The notes beneath the pieces are model-generated. The model saw nothing but the letters and a program-made list of their open reading frames with translations. It made no database searches and was not told where the DNA came from. From an uncultured bacterium (GTDB taxonomy: Bacteria > Patescibacteriota > Minisyncoccia > Phycocordibacterales > UBA2163), in NCBI GenBank assembly GCA_913041175.1, contig CAJWGW010000001.1:1-49914 (forward strand): a DNA stretch of 49,914 bases, written 5' to 3'. A program made the position numbers and the translations under genes. Below, in pieces: positions 1 through 9,554 of the stretch. How positions within the stretch are numbered: the stretch's first letter is position 1; the number at the start of each line of letters is the position of its first letter.

Positions 1-2
1 AA

Positions 3-815
3 TTGATACCAGGTATATTGCCTTATAATGAGCAATTTAATGAGCTTAAAAATCTATCTAAAAAGCCATTTTTAAGTATTGAATCTAAAACTCTTGAGAA
101 TATAGGCCCAGTACTTGAAGATGTTGTGTCAGTATTTACTAATCCTGAAGTATCCCAACCGTTAAGTACTACAGGGCTTATTACAGTTGAACAGCAAGTT
201 TTTGATATACTTTATCCCGACTATTTTACAGACGGTCTTGCTTTTACACAAAGTGTCTTTGTTGAACAAGGATTTCTTAGTGGAGATTATAAAAAGATTG
301 AAAATTTTGATTCAGAAGAGAAAATCTTTGTTTTCGTTAACACAAATATAAACGTATTTGAAGAAATAGGTTTTATTACAAAATCTGAAGCTGATAAATT
401 TAGAGTAGGTGCTAATAAAATCTGGAAAAATATTTTGGAAGGAGAAAAATTGGAATTAAAAAAACAATTAATAGGGTCTGAGTTTTATAAAAGAATTCTT
501 ACGAATAGAATATATTACATCAGTAAGTCAGTTAATAAAAAAATTGCAAAAATCTTAAAAGAATTAAAAGACAAGGCCTTTGTTAAAACATATGCAGCTG
601 ACTGTTATCGTGGCGGAGCTGCAACACCCGGTGGATCAAATGTATGGGCACCATGTTGTAATTGTGGATTAAAGTGTAGTAGCAATGGATGTGTATATAT
701 ACAAGACTGTGGTAGTGGCGGTAGTAGCTGTAATGTACAGCTTGGATGTAAAAACTTATACGGTAAGGGAAGGGCTGTGATATGGGACCCCAGCGGTATT
801 TGCGGAGTCGGATAA
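3..815 (+). CDS. hypothetical protein, 5'-truncated by the window edge, with a cysteine-rich C-terminal module
   Basis: The ORF runs off the left edge, so the TTG in the track is probably internal. No family recognised. The last 73 aa (nt 594-815) hold 10 Cys, including PCCNCG and GICG. Convergent with rsmA. Confidence 0.5.
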   Translation: MIPGILPYNEQFNELKNLSKKPFLSIESKTLENIGPVLEDVVSVFTNPEVSQPLSTTGLITVEQQVFDILYPDYFTDGLAFTQSVFVEQGFLSGDYKKIENFDSEEKIFVFVNTNINVFEEIGFITKSEADKFRVGANKIWKNILEGEKLELKKQLIGSEFYKRILTNRIYYISKSVNKKIAKILKELKDKAFVKTYAADCYRGGAATPGGSNVWAPCCNCGLKCSSNGCVYIQDCGSGGSSCNVQLGCKNLYGKGRAVIWDPSGICGVG

Positions 816-829
816 GAAGAAATAAATTT

Positions 830-1627
830 TCAATTATCAATTTCAAAAAACTTTATAAATTTTTTCCACTGCTCTAAAGACACCTCTTCAGCACGAACTT
901 TTTCGCTTATATCTACTTGATTAAAAACTTTTTTTAATTTTTCTTTGTTTCCAAAAGGTTTTAAATTACTGATTAAAAACTTTCTTTTATGAATAAAGCC
1001 AGTTTTTACAATTTTAAAAAACTTTTTCTCATTTATTTTATCAAAAAAATCTTTTGAAATATTTTCTATAGAGAGAACTGCGGAATCCACTTTTGGAGTA
1101 GGGCTGAAACTACCTGCTTTTATTGTTTGTATATATTTTGGCTCACCGTACGCCTTGACGCTTATTGAAAGAATGCTTTCTTTCTTACTTCTTGCAATTC
1201 TTTCTGCAACTTCCTTTTGTACAAGTAAAACCATTCTAGATGGTTTGATATCAGATGAAAGTATTTTGCGAAGAAATTCTCCTGTTATGTAATATGGAAT
1301 ATTTGCAACAATCTTATAATCATTGTTTCTTAATTCGTACTTTTCAAAATCAAAAGTTAAAATATCTCCATGTACAAGAATTAATTTCCCATTTTTAATC
1401 TCATCTTTAAATTTTTCTTGCAGATACGAGATTAGCTCGTCATCTTTCTCAATAGAAATGACTTTTTTCGCTTTTTCAAGTAAACTTTTTGTTAAAATTC
1501 CTTTTCCTGTCCCAATTTCAAGAACAATGTCTTTTGAATCAAGTTTTGCAGTTTCAATAATTTTATCTACAACTGATTGTGCTGTAAGAAAATTTTGTCC
1601 AAGACTTTTTTTAGGTTTTTTTATCAT
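830..1627 (-). CDS. rsmA: 16S rRNA adenine dimethyltransferase RsmA/KsgA
   Basis: SLGQNFL, EIGTGKGILT (SAM-binding loop) and NIPYYIT motifs. The ATG at 1627 is preferred over the TTG at 1642 because it lies just downstream of the pcrA stop codon (1629-1631). Confidence 0.9.
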   Translation of the reverse strand: MIKKPKKSLGQNFLTAQSVVDKIIETAKLDSKDIVLEIGTGKGILTKSLLEKAKKVISIEKDDELISYLQEKFKDEIKNGKLILVHGDILTFDFEKYELRNNDYKIVANIPYYITGEFLRKILSSDIKPSRMVLLVQKEVAERIARSKKESILSISVKAYGEPKYIQTIKAGSFSPTPKVDSAVLSIENISKDFFDKINEKKFFKIVKTGFIHKRKFLISNLKPFGNKEKLKKVFNQVDISEKVRAEEVSLEQWKKFIKFFEIDN

Positions 1628-1628
1628 T

Positions 1629-3557
1629 TTAATTAAAATCAATTATTTCTTCTCCTAAATTTTCAAGTTCAGCTTCTTCAAGAAGTTCTTCATTAATATC
1701 CATGATAAATTCTGATGGCATATTTACACTTTGTGAACCAAAGATTGTTCTTACTGATGCATAAGAGAGAAATACTTTTTTCTTTGCACGAGTGAGTGCA
1801 ACATAAAACAATCTTCGCTCTTCTTCATCATCTTTTTTCTCATCAGAAAGTCCACTATGTGGAAATAGTCCATCTTCAAGTCCTGCTATGAATACATATT
1901 CAAATTCCAAACCTTTTGATGCGTGCACTGTCATAAGTCGCACCGCGTTTTTCTCTTCTTTGAGTTCATCTTGCTCTGATGCAAGTGCGGCGTCCTCTAA
2001 AAGTTTTCCAACACCTTCATTTGGTTCAAGTACATCATACCTTGATGCAAGCGTTACAAGCTCTTTTATGTTTTCAAGTCGCTCCTGTTCTTCTTCAGCT
2101 CCATTTTTAAGAGTATCTTCAATTCCTGTGTTTTTAAGTATGAATTTAATTGTCTCGCTTGGTTTTAAACTCAAGGCAATATCTGAAATCTGCTTTAGTA
2201 GAGCTCTGAAATCCGCAACTTTCGCTCTTGCGGAAGTACTTAATTCACCCTCTCTTCCCTCTACAATCTTCATAAATGTTACCTTTCCTATACCCCTTGC
2301 AGGTACATTTATGATTCTTTTCGTAGCGGTTATACTTTCAGGATTAAGGGCTACCTGAAGATATGCAAGAATGTCTTTCACTTCTTTTCTCTCAAAAAAA
2401 CGGACGCCAAGTACTTGATAAGGCACATCAAACGAGAGAAAAACTTCCTCTAAAATCCTTGACTGAAAGTTTGCACGATAAAGCACTGCTATCTCTTTGG
2501 GCTCTACGCCAGATTCAATAAGTTCTTTTGACTTAAGTGTGATGAACTGCGCTTCATGATTCTCATTGAGCGCGCAGAAGAGAGAAAGTTTTTCTCCGTC
2601 TTCATTTTTGGTAAATAGATTTTTCTCTTTTCGCTTTTTATTTTTCTTTATTACAGAATTTGATGCCTCAAGAATATTTTTTGTGGAACGATAATTCTCT
2701 TCAAGAAGAAGTGTTTTTGTATTTTTGTATTTATTTTCAAAATCTAAAAGATTTTCTATATCTGCACCACGCCAACTGTAAATGTTTTGGTCTACATCAC
2801 CAACAACACAAATATTATTATCATTACCTGTAAGTAAGTTCACAAGTTTGCATTGAACTTTGTTCGTATCTTGATATTCGTCTATATGAATGTACTTCCA
2901 AATGTTTTTATATCTCTCTAAAACATTTTCATTTGTCTCTAAAAGAATTACCGTTTTTAAAAGCAAGTCATCAAAGTCGTACGTATTTTCTCTTTTTAAA
3001 ATTCTCTCATACTCTCTCCATACTTGTGCGACAATTCTTGGGAAAAATGAGTTACCTGCACTTTCTTCATATTTATTTAGTGTAATTGTATTTCCTTTCT
3101 GTTTTGAGATTACACTTAATATTTTCCTCGGCTCAAACTGCTTCGGGTCAAGGTCTGCCTTTTTAAGCGCATCTTTGATTGCAGATAGAGAGTCATTTCT
3201 ATCAAAGATTTTAAAATGCCGTGTAATACCCGCTAGTTGCGCATTTTCTTTCAAAATATGGACGCCAAGTGCGTGAAATGTGGCAACATATGGACGACGT
3301 TGCTCTGAAACTGGTAGGTTTATCTCTTTGTCTTTACTAATTAAGTCCCTGACACGCTCTTTCATTTCTTTTGCGGCTTTGTTTGTGAAAGTAACCGCAA
3401 GTATGTTCTGTGGTGCAACCCCTGTTTTTATAAGATTAAGTATCCTGTGTGTGATTGTTTTGGTTTTTCCAGCGCCTGCTCCTGCAATAATCAAAAGAGG
3501 GCCGTTTTTGTGTAAAACCGCTTGTTTCTGCTCTGAATTAAGTCCTTTTAAGTGCAT
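1629..3557 (-). CDS. pcrA: ATP-dependent DNA helicase, UvrD/PcrA family
   Basis: Full SF1 motif set: Walker A AGAGAGKTKT, DEYQDTN, VGDVDQNIYSWRGA, EENYRST, VHASKGLEF, VALTRAKK. Confidence 0.92.
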   Translation of the reverse strand: MHLKGLNSEQKQAVLHKNGPLLIIAGAGAGKTKTITHRILNLIKTGVAPQNILAVTFTNKAAKEMKERVRDLISKDKEINLPVSEQRRPYVATFHALGVHILKENAQLAGITRHFKIFDRNDSLSAIKDALKKADLDPKQFEPRKILSVISKQKGNTITLNKYEESAGNSFFPRIVAQVWREYERILKRENTYDFDDLLLKTVILLETNENVLERYKNIWKYIHIDEYQDTNKVQCKLVNLLTGNDNNICVVGDVDQNIYSWRGADIENLLDFENKYKNTKTLLLEENYRSTKNILEASNSVIKKNKKRKEKNLFTKNEDGEKLSLFCALNENHEAQFITLKSKELIESGVEPKEIAVLYRANFQSRILEEVFLSFDVPYQVLGVRFFERKEVKDILAYLQVALNPESITATKRIINVPARGIGKVTFMKIVEGREGELSTSARAKVADFRALLKQISDIALSLKPSETIKFILKNTGIEDTLKNGAEEEQERLENIKELVTLASRYDVLEPNEGVGKLLEDAALASEQDELKEEKNAVRLMTVHASKGLEFEYVFIAGLEDGLFPHSGLSDEKKDDEEERRLFYVALTRAKKKVFLSYASVRTIFGSQSVNMPSEFIMDINEELLEEAELENLGEEIIDFN

Positions 3558-3589
3558 TTATGTAATATAACATACATTTGGTGTGGTTT

Positions 3590-3630
3590 ACCCCGCCATA
3601 AATTGCTTTTTTAGCAATTTATGGCGGGGT
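3590..3630. repeat. perfect 17-bp-stem palindrome between the divergent pcrA and M23 peptidase genes
   Basis: ACCCCGCCATAAATTGC - TTTTTTA - GCAATTTATGGCGGGGT. There is no T-run after either arm, so it is not a classical terminator. Confidence 0.85.
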
Positions 3631-3641
3631 GGATAACCTCG

Positions 3642-3669
3642 TTGACTTTCAATTTCAGGCGAGTATAGT
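3642..3669 (+). promoter_or_regulatory. candidate sigma70-type promoter for the LysM-M23 gene
   Basis: TTGACT (3642-3647), 16-nt spacer, TATAGT (3664-3669). This would give a leader of about 190 nt before the ATG at 3866. Confidence 0.4.
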
Positions 3670-3865
3670 GAGAGAATACTGATTGGTAGCAATTTTCTTT
3701 GTGGCTCAACAAAGCCATATATTCCGTAAAGTACAGCTTGGTCGCAATAAAACAACATATATCACACCTATAAACCAAGACCTTGACCCTAGCCATAAAA
3801 CCGCTAAAAATCAGGCTAAAATAACAAATTCTTGTACTCTTTTTACAGTAAAAGTGCTATTTATT

Positions 3866-4855
3866 ATGGCCTTACTAATTGCTGTATCTACTCCAAACTC
3901 CGCTAATGCTGGAGTATTTTCTTTTATATCAGACCTGTTTAAATCATTGAAAGTTGAATTCTCACAAACTGCGAGTGTTTATAATTCTCAAACAATACCT
4001 GTCTTGCGTGCAGCACTAAACATTGACCCAAATCCTTCAAAAGGTGGTGGAGACATAATTATAGTTGATGACGAAGCACTTCTTTCTGAGATCGGTCCAT
4101 CAGGAACAATTGCTGAGATTGAAGAACGGCCTGCATCATCTGACCAAATAAGTGTTTATGTTGTGCGTGAAAGAGATTCACTTTCACAAATTGCAAAAAT
4201 GTTTAGTGTTTCAACGAATACTATTATTTGGGCAAATGATATTAAAAGAGGGTCATTCATAACTCCTGGACAAACACTTATCATCTTACCTATTACCGGA
4301 GTGCGACACACTGTGGTCAAAGGTGAGACAGTAAAAAGTATTACCAAAAAATATGATGGCAACTACGAAGAGATACTTCAGTATAATGACCTTACTTTGG
4401 AATCCACAATTGCCGTGGGAGATATTATTGTCGTTCCAGATGGAGAAATCGCGGCGCCAAAGTATACTGGTACAAGTATAATTGTAAAAGGAGTAGGAGG
4501 TCCTACATATAGCGGATATTATATTCTACCTCTGACTGCAGGCCGTCGCTCACAAGGTCTTCATGGATATAATGCGGTTGATTACGCAGCGCCTGCGGGA
4601 ACTCCTATTGTTGCATCTGCGGCAGGAGATGTAATTATAAGCAGAAGTTCTGGATGGAATGGTGGCTATGGAAAATATATTGTAATAAAGCATAACAATG
4701 GCACTCAGACCCTCTATGCACATAACTCAAGCAACATAGTGTACTCTGGTCAGTATGTAGTGCAGGGGCAGGTTATCGGTTATGTCGGCTCAACAGGACG
4801 CTCAACAGGACCTCATATGCATTTTGAAATCCGCGGAGCCAAAAATCCTTTCTAA
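3866..4855 (+). CDS. secreted LysM-repeat M23 family metallopeptidase
   Basis: Signal-like N-terminus (MALLIAVSTPNSANA). Two LysM-like repeats (DSLSQIAKMFSVSTNTIIWAN; GETVKSITKKYDGNYEEILQYN). M23 motifs HGYNAVDYAAPAGTPI and STGPHMHFEIR. The start is uncertain: GTG 3854 and TTG 3683 are also in frame. Confidence 0.85.
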   Translation: MALLIAVSTPNSANAGVFSFISDLFKSLKVEFSQTASVYNSQTIPVLRAALNIDPNPSKGGGDIIIVDDEALLSEIGPSGTIAEIEERPASSDQISVYVVRERDSLSQIAKMFSVSTNTIIWANDIKRGSFITPGQTLIILPITGVRHTVVKGETVKSITKKYDGNYEEILQYNDLTLESTIAVGDIIVVPDGEIAAPKYTGTSIIVKGVGGPTYSGYYILPLTAGRRSQGLHGYNAVDYAAPAGTPIVASAAGDVIISRSSGWNGGYGKYIVIKHNNGTQTLYAHNSSNIVYSGQYVVQGQVIGYVGSTGRSTGPHMHFEIRGAKNPF

Positions 4856-4867
4856 ATAAAAATTATT

Positions 4868-4903
4868 AAACCCCCGATGAACAAAATGTTCATCGGGGGT
4901 TTT
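4868..4903. terminator. bidirectional rho-independent terminator
   Basis: AAACCCCCGATGAAC-AAAA-TGTTCATCGGGGGTTT with an A-run on one side and a T-run on the other. It lies between convergent genes. Confidence 0.8.
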
Positions 4904-4920
4904 TATTAAAAAGGGCTAAA

Positions 4921-5157
4921 TTAAGGCCAAATTACCTGAAGATACTCTTCTCTTGTTACTATATCTTCACCATCGTAGTATGTTCTCACTCCGTGTTTCT
5001 TTGTAGAATGAAATCCTTCATCATAAGAAATTTCTATGATTTTCCCAAGTACACTTTCGTTTACCCACCTGGAAAACTTGTACATATATAACTCTGTGTA
5101 TCCTAAAAGAACCCCTACACCACCTAATGTCATTGTCGTTGCAGCTAAAGCTTCCAT
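4921..5157 (-). CDS. small hypothetical protein with an N-terminal hydrophobic segment
   Basis: 78-aa ORF preceded by a strong SD (AGGGAGGAGAGAAGT ATG) and followed by the 4868-4903 terminator. No family recognised. Confidence 0.55.
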   Translation of the reverse strand: MEALAATTMTLGGVGVLLGYTELYMYKFSRWVNESVLGKIIEISYDEGFHSTKKHGVRTYYDGEDIVTREEYLQVIWP

Positions 5158-5224
5158 ACTTCTCTCCTCCCTTTAAAAGTTTGAAATCCTATACAACACT
5201 ATCATATTCAGAAAATATGTCACT

Positions 5225-6775
5225 TTATTGATTACCCTGCTTCGGTCTGTATTGAAGTGCTTCTAAGATGTGATTTTCTTCCACATTTTCGTTCTCATCT
5301 AGATCCGCAATGGTACGCGCGAGTTTTATAACTCTGTGGTACGCGCGCGGGGACAAATCTATGGAACGCGCGGCGGAGTTTAGTGACCCGCGCGCGACGC
5401 CACCAAGCTCTACAAGCTTGGTTAAGTCTCTGCTGTTCATCTCACTATTTGTTTTTACTCTTCCTTTTGTATCTATAAAACGTTTTTCTTGAATACTACG
5501 CGCTTTTAAAATATTTTCTTTTATTTTTTCACTTTCTTTACTTTCAGTAGGTTTCTCTGAAAGTTTTTCATGTGAAATATTTGAAACCTCAATCCACATA
5601 TCAATACGGTCAATTATCGGCCCTGAGATTTTCCTTTGATAACGGGCAAGCGCCGTCGGCAAACATACGCACCTGCGCTGAGAACCAAAATTACCACACG
5701 GACAAGGATTCATCGCCGCAACTAATATAAAACTCGCTGGAAATATTGCCGAACCCTTAGCGCGTGAGATACTTATCACTCTGTCTTCAAGTGGCTGACG
5801 AAGCGCTTCCACTACCCTCCGCTCAAACTCCGGAAACTCATCTAAGAAAAGCACTCCGCGGTGCGCAAGTGTTATCTCACCTGGTTTTGGAATAGTTCCA
5901 CCACCTACAATCGCGACATGCGAAGAAGTGTGATGGGGAGTCCTAAAGGGAGGATTCGTCATAAGTGTTTCGTTCAAAATTCCTGCAATAGAATGGATTG
6001 ATGTCGTCTCAAGCGCATCATCAAATGAAAGCGGTGGAAGTATGTGACAAAATGCTTTTGCGAGCATCGTCTTTCCAGTGCCGGGTGGACCAAACATTGC
6101 AATGTTGTGCCCGCCTGCAGCGGCAATCTCAAGTCCTCTTTTTGCTCTCTCTTGCCCTTTAATATCCCCAAAATCAATAGAGTAACCCGCTTTTTTATTT
6201 TCAACTTCTGTCTTCTTTTCTGGCTCAATCAGTTTGTTCTCACCTTTCTTTTTGTCTAAATGGTCAATGACTTCCCGTAAACTCTTCACACCATATATTT
6301 TGATGCCATCTATAAGCGCACCTTCTTCTGCATTTTCGCAAGGTAAAAAAACTTCTTCAAATCCTCGTTTTTTGGCTTCAAGAACAATTGGTAATGTACC
6401 ATTTATCTTTCGCAGATATCCGTCAAGAGAAAGTTCTCCAAGGAAAAGTTTTTTCTCTGGGTCAAATCTTATTTCATCGCACGATAACAGATATGCAAGC
6501 GCAATCCCTAAGTCAAACACAGGACCTTCTTTCTTGAGGTCCGCAGGAGCGAGTGATATTATAATTTTTTGGTTTTTGGACTTAGGTGATTTGAATCCAG
6601 AGTTTTTTATCGCTGCTGACACACGATCGCGTGATTCTTCAACTGCTTTATCTGGAAGTCCTACGACTGCAAAAGAGTGCAGTCCTTTTGAAAGGTCAAC
6701 TTCAATATCAATAATACAAGCAGACAAGAGTGTTGTCTGTGCACTGTAAACTTTTGCAAAATTTTTCGTAGTCAC
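5225..6775 (-). CDS. yifB: YifB/ComM family Mg-chelatase-like ATPase
   Basis: N-terminal Lon-protease-like domain (VVGLPDKAVEESRDRV). AAA+ Walker A GPPGTGKTM and Walker B LFLDEFPEF. CPCG Cys cluster and C-terminal RAYHRVIKLARTIADL. Confidence 0.9.
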   Translation of the reverse strand: MTTKNFAKVYSAQTTLLSACIIDIEVDLSKGLHSFAVVGLPDKAVEESRDRVSAAIKNSGFKSPKSKNQKIIISLAPADLKKEGPVFDLGIALAYLLSCDEIRFDPEKKLFLGELSLDGYLRKINGTLPIVLEAKKRGFEEVFLPCENAEEGALIDGIKIYGVKSLREVIDHLDKKKGENKLIEPEKKTEVENKKAGYSIDFGDIKGQERAKRGLEIAAAGGHNIAMFGPPGTGKTMLAKAFCHILPPLSFDDALETTSIHSIAGILNETLMTNPPFRTPHHTSSHVAIVGGGTIPKPGEITLAHRGVLFLDEFPEFERRVVEALRQPLEDRVISISRAKGSAIFPASFILVAAMNPCPCGNFGSQRRCVCLPTALARYQRKISGPIIDRIDMWIEVSNISHEKLSEKPTESKESEKIKENILKARSIQEKRFIDTKGRVKTNSEMNSRDLTKLVELGGVARGSLNSAARSIDLSPRAYHRVIKLARTIADLDENENVEENHILEALQYRPKQGNQ

Positions 6776-6946
6776 TGACTATAAGTATAGACTAATTTTC
6801 TTTTTTATACCAAAGCCAATTAACTCTTGAGTATAAATGGATTTCAAAATTTTGAGCGAAACGAAGTCAAAAATTATGAGGTGTATCTAGAGATACGTCA
6901 AGAAGTTTTTGATGAGTTGCAGCCGAAATTTTGGAAAACATACTCA

Positions 6947-7321
6947 TTAGTTACTTGGTTTTGGTTTGACGTCAGCACATGTACGCGCTGCCGGATTTGC
7001 TTCAAGTCGTGCGAGAGGAATCTGTTCTCCTGTGTCTTCACAGGTTCCGTATTTTCCTTCATCAATTTTCTTTAACGCACGTTTTATATTGTTGTAACGA
7101 ATTTCGAGTTCTTTAACGAGTGCTGTGTTTTTCTCAAATGCTTCAATCCTGTCTGCAACTTCGTTTTTATCCGTTTCAAGCGTGTCCATTTTAGCGGGAA
7201 TCGGTTCCCAATCATTAGGGTTTGACGGGTTAATCCTTGCAATTTTTTGAAGCTCTTCAGTCAAGATATTAAGCTCGCTTTCAAGTTTTTCTTTAAAATG
7301 TTGTGTGTCTATTTTTTCCAT
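6947..7321 (-). CDS. DksA/TraR family protein with a degenerate zinc finger
   Basis: Coiled-coil N-terminus followed by GKYGTCEDTGEQIPLARLEANPAARTC, matching the DksA/TraR C-terminal signature with only two Cys retained. Confidence 0.7.
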   Translation of the reverse strand: MEKIDTQHFKEKLESELNILTEELQKIARINPSNPNDWEPIPAKMDTLETDKNEVADRIEAFEKNTALVKELEIRYNNIKRALKKIDEGKYGTCEDTGEQIPLARLEANPAARTCADVKPKPSN

Positions 7322-7352
7322 AACCTTATATTAGCAGAAAATTAGGAACATC

Positions 7353-8582
7353 TCAACGTAGAGTTCTTGATGAGGTCATGCGTGTAAACACTTCGCTGAA
7401 AGTATTTTCGTTTGTAGTTATGACAATCGTGTTTTTATCTATGAATGAATACATAAGGACTATTTCTCCAGAATTATCTTTCAAAATTCTCGCATCTTTA
7501 TTTTTTATAACAAAATCACTAAATGTTGGAACTATAATAGATGGAGTATTTGTCTCAGAATCATTACCAGAAACTACATCAAACTCCGCAGGACCAAAGA
7601 GCGGAGCAAGGTCTTCTTTTATATCTCTCTCCCAAGAGAGCATCCCTGCAAAAGTATTTTCATAAAAACTATTTTTTAAAATCAAAAACGGCCGGTTTCC
7701 ATCAAAATGATAAACACCAAACATAAAAAGTGGCTCGAGGGAGCGTAAAAATGATGTCGGTAACTGCGCATTTATAGCATTTAAGAAATCGCTCGCGCCA
7801 ACAAGTTCTCTTGTCTCTATCCCCTCTTCGTCAACAAAAGACTGTGTGATAAATACATTCTTGGTCCTACCTATTGAAAGACGCGAGTGGTCTTTGAGGG
7901 TTGTAAGTCCGTTTAAAATCTGTCTTCTTGATAAATCTGTGATTTCAAACTCCTCTTCTTCGTCTGAGAATATTACTGATGGTATTGATGAATCTGGTTT
8001 AACAGTTTCAGTACCACTTTTTCCATAAAAATAAAATACTGAACCGGCTCCAAGTACAAAGAGAGTTGCGCTTAAAATAATAATACCAATTTTTTTGAGA
8101 CGCTGTTTCTTTGATACTTCATCTTCAATACTATCAAGAGGTTCTCCATTTTTAACACGACGTTCATTTTCAGCTGTTGCAATACTGACAAGCGACTCTT
8201 TTTTCTTTCCCACTACTTGAGCAAGGTCGTCTTTGTATGTGCGTATTGTCCTAAGAGGTACTTCTTCTTTCTCATTTTGACTCTCTTCTTTATTCGGCGA
8301 AGCAGGTGCGTCCTTAGGGGGCCAATCTTTAAGCTGTGTTGTATGCCCCAAGTCAACTTTCGGTTTGCCTTGAACTTTGTTTTTAGGTTCAGGTGTGGGT
8401 GTGGGTGTGATTTCTGGGGTAGGAGTTGATTTTGGAATAGGCTCTGGTTCTGGAGTAGACACTGGAGCTGGAGTAAGTGGTGGAGGAGTATCACCTTGCA
8501 TCAGTCTATCTTTTGCTGAAACGTTTTGCTGTGGTTTAGGAACTATATTATCTTGTGGTTTTTGTAAATTTTCTTCTGCCAT
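7353..8582 (-). CDS. hypothetical single-pass membrane protein with a Pro/Thr-rich N-terminal region
   Basis: 409-aa ORF. TPEPEPIPKSTPTPEITPTPTPEP low-complexity tract, one TM segment (IGIIILSATLFVLGAGSVFYFY) and a C-terminal globular part of unknown family. Confidence 0.6.
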   Translation of the reverse strand: MAEENLQKPQDNIVPKPQQNVSAKDRLMQGDTPPPLTPAPVSTPEPEPIPKSTPTPEITPTPTPEPKNKVQGKPKVDLGHTTQLKDWPPKDAPASPNKEESQNEKEEVPLRTIRTYKDDLAQVVGKKKESLVSIATAENERRVKNGEPLDSIEDEVSKKQRLKKIGIIILSATLFVLGAGSVFYFYGKSGTETVKPDSSIPSVIFSDEEEEFEITDLSRRQILNGLTTLKDHSRLSIGRTKNVFITQSFVDEEGIETRELVGASDFLNAINAQLPTSFLRSLEPLFMFGVYHFDGNRPFLILKNSFYENTFAGMLSWERDIKEDLAPLFGPAEFDVVSGNDSETNTPSIIVPTFSDFVIKNKDARILKDNSGEIVLMYSFIDKNTIVITTNENTFSEVFTRMTSSRTLR

Positions 8583-8611
8583 TAAATTAATAATAACAAA
8601 TTTTAGATATT

Positions 8612-9130
8612 TTATCGTCCCCTATACCCTATCAAGTATCTTCTTGGGTTGTCACACATATCAATAAAATCATCCGCTACTTCGCGCAATTTACTTGAAG
8701 AAGAACGTCCAAACGAAATAACTTCCACCTGACATCCTTCTTTCATTTTTAGATATTCAACTAAAGGAATGAAGTCCCCGTCTCCCGTTGCAAGGATAAC
8801 AGTATCAAGTTTAGGTGCCATCGTAACAGCGTCAATCGCTATCCCGACATCCCAGTCGGCTTTCTTTGCGCCACCAAAAAATACCTGCAATTCTTTGCTT
8901 TTTATTTCAATACCAAGTTTTCCAAGAGCTTCAAAGAAATTGTTTTCTTCCCCTGACTCCGTAGTAACAACATATGCGCTTGCGCGGATTAGGTTGCGCC
9001 CTGCGAGAGCGTCTTTGATAACGTTCCCAAAACTTACTTTTGATTTATATAAATTTTTAGCGCTGTGGTAGAGATTTTGTGTATCTATAAAAATTCCAAC
9101 ACGCTGATTCTTATGTTTTATAACAGACAT
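8612..9130 (-). CDS. NYN (LabA-like) domain protein
   Basis: VGIFIDTQNLYHS, DVGIAIDAV and ILATGDGDFIPLV acidic motifs typical of NYN/LabA nuclease-like domains. Confidence 0.8.
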   Translation of the reverse strand: MSVIKHKNQRVGIFIDTQNLYHSAKNLYKSKVSFGNVIKDALAGRNLIRASAYVVTTESGEENNFFEALGKLGIEIKSKELQVFFGGAKKADWDVGIAIDAVTMAPKLDTVILATGDGDFIPLVEYLKMKEGCQVEVISFGRSSSSKLREVADDFIDMCDNPRRYLIGYRGR

Positions 9131-9218
9131 AAATATATTTTGTTAATTATTAAAATATGAACGAATAATCGTTCAAAACTATGCTTACATATTAAATATT
9201 TAAAGAGCGTAAATCTTT

Positions 9219-9485
9219 CTACTTCTTGAGACCAAGCTTTTTGATAAGAGCATTATACTGCTTCTTATTCTTTTTTTCTAAGTATTTTAAATGTTTGCGA
9301 CGATCTGCAACCATACTTAAAAGTCCTCGACGTGGATGCTTATCTTTGGTGTTTTTCTTGAGATGTTTTGTAAGCTCAGTGATTCTTTTTGTTAATATTG
9401 AAACCTGTACCTCAGGAGAACCAGTGTCTTTATCGTGAACCCGTGTCTCTTTTATTGATTTCGCCTTCTTTTTCGCTGTAAGCAT
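9219..9485 (-). CDS. rpsO: 30S ribosomal protein S15
   Basis: [35 protein letters not shown]...RRKHLKYL. A hairpin terminator (GAACGA-ATAA-TCGTTC) lies downstream. Confidence 0.95.
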   Translation of the reverse strand: MLTAKKKAKSIKETRVHDKDTGSPEVQVSILTKRITELTKHLKKNTKDKHPRRGLLSMVADRRKHLKYLEKKNKKQYNALIKKLGLKK

Positions 9486-9554
9486 AGTGTCAATATCATA
9501 CCAAAAATCTAACCTTTTTGCAAGTATTCTCTATTTTCTGCTACAATATATTAT

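Noticed and set aside
1323-3570. Plus-strand ORFs 1323-1658, 1888-2358, 2890-3276 and 3280-3570 from the track
   Set aside because: They lie antisense to the well-supported rsmA and pcrA genes and have Ser/Phe/Leu-rich low-complexity translations typical of shadow ORFs in AT-rich DNA. The same reasoning applies to the other long antisense ORFs, for example 6234-6749, 11593-12129, 17029-17463, 19325-20032, 41430-42005 and 47335-47766.
3660-3866. c-di-AMP (ydaO-type) riboswitch upstream of the LysM-M23 peptidase
   Set aside because: The gene context made it plausible. However, I could not find the conserved pseudo-symmetric ACGGGGA / CCCGAA-type cores by eye. It is kept only as a generic long-leader note.
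8377-8667. Plus-strand ORF with GVGVGV repeats
   Set aside because: It is the antisense reading of the Pro/Thr-rich (TPTPTP) tract of the 7353-8582 gene.
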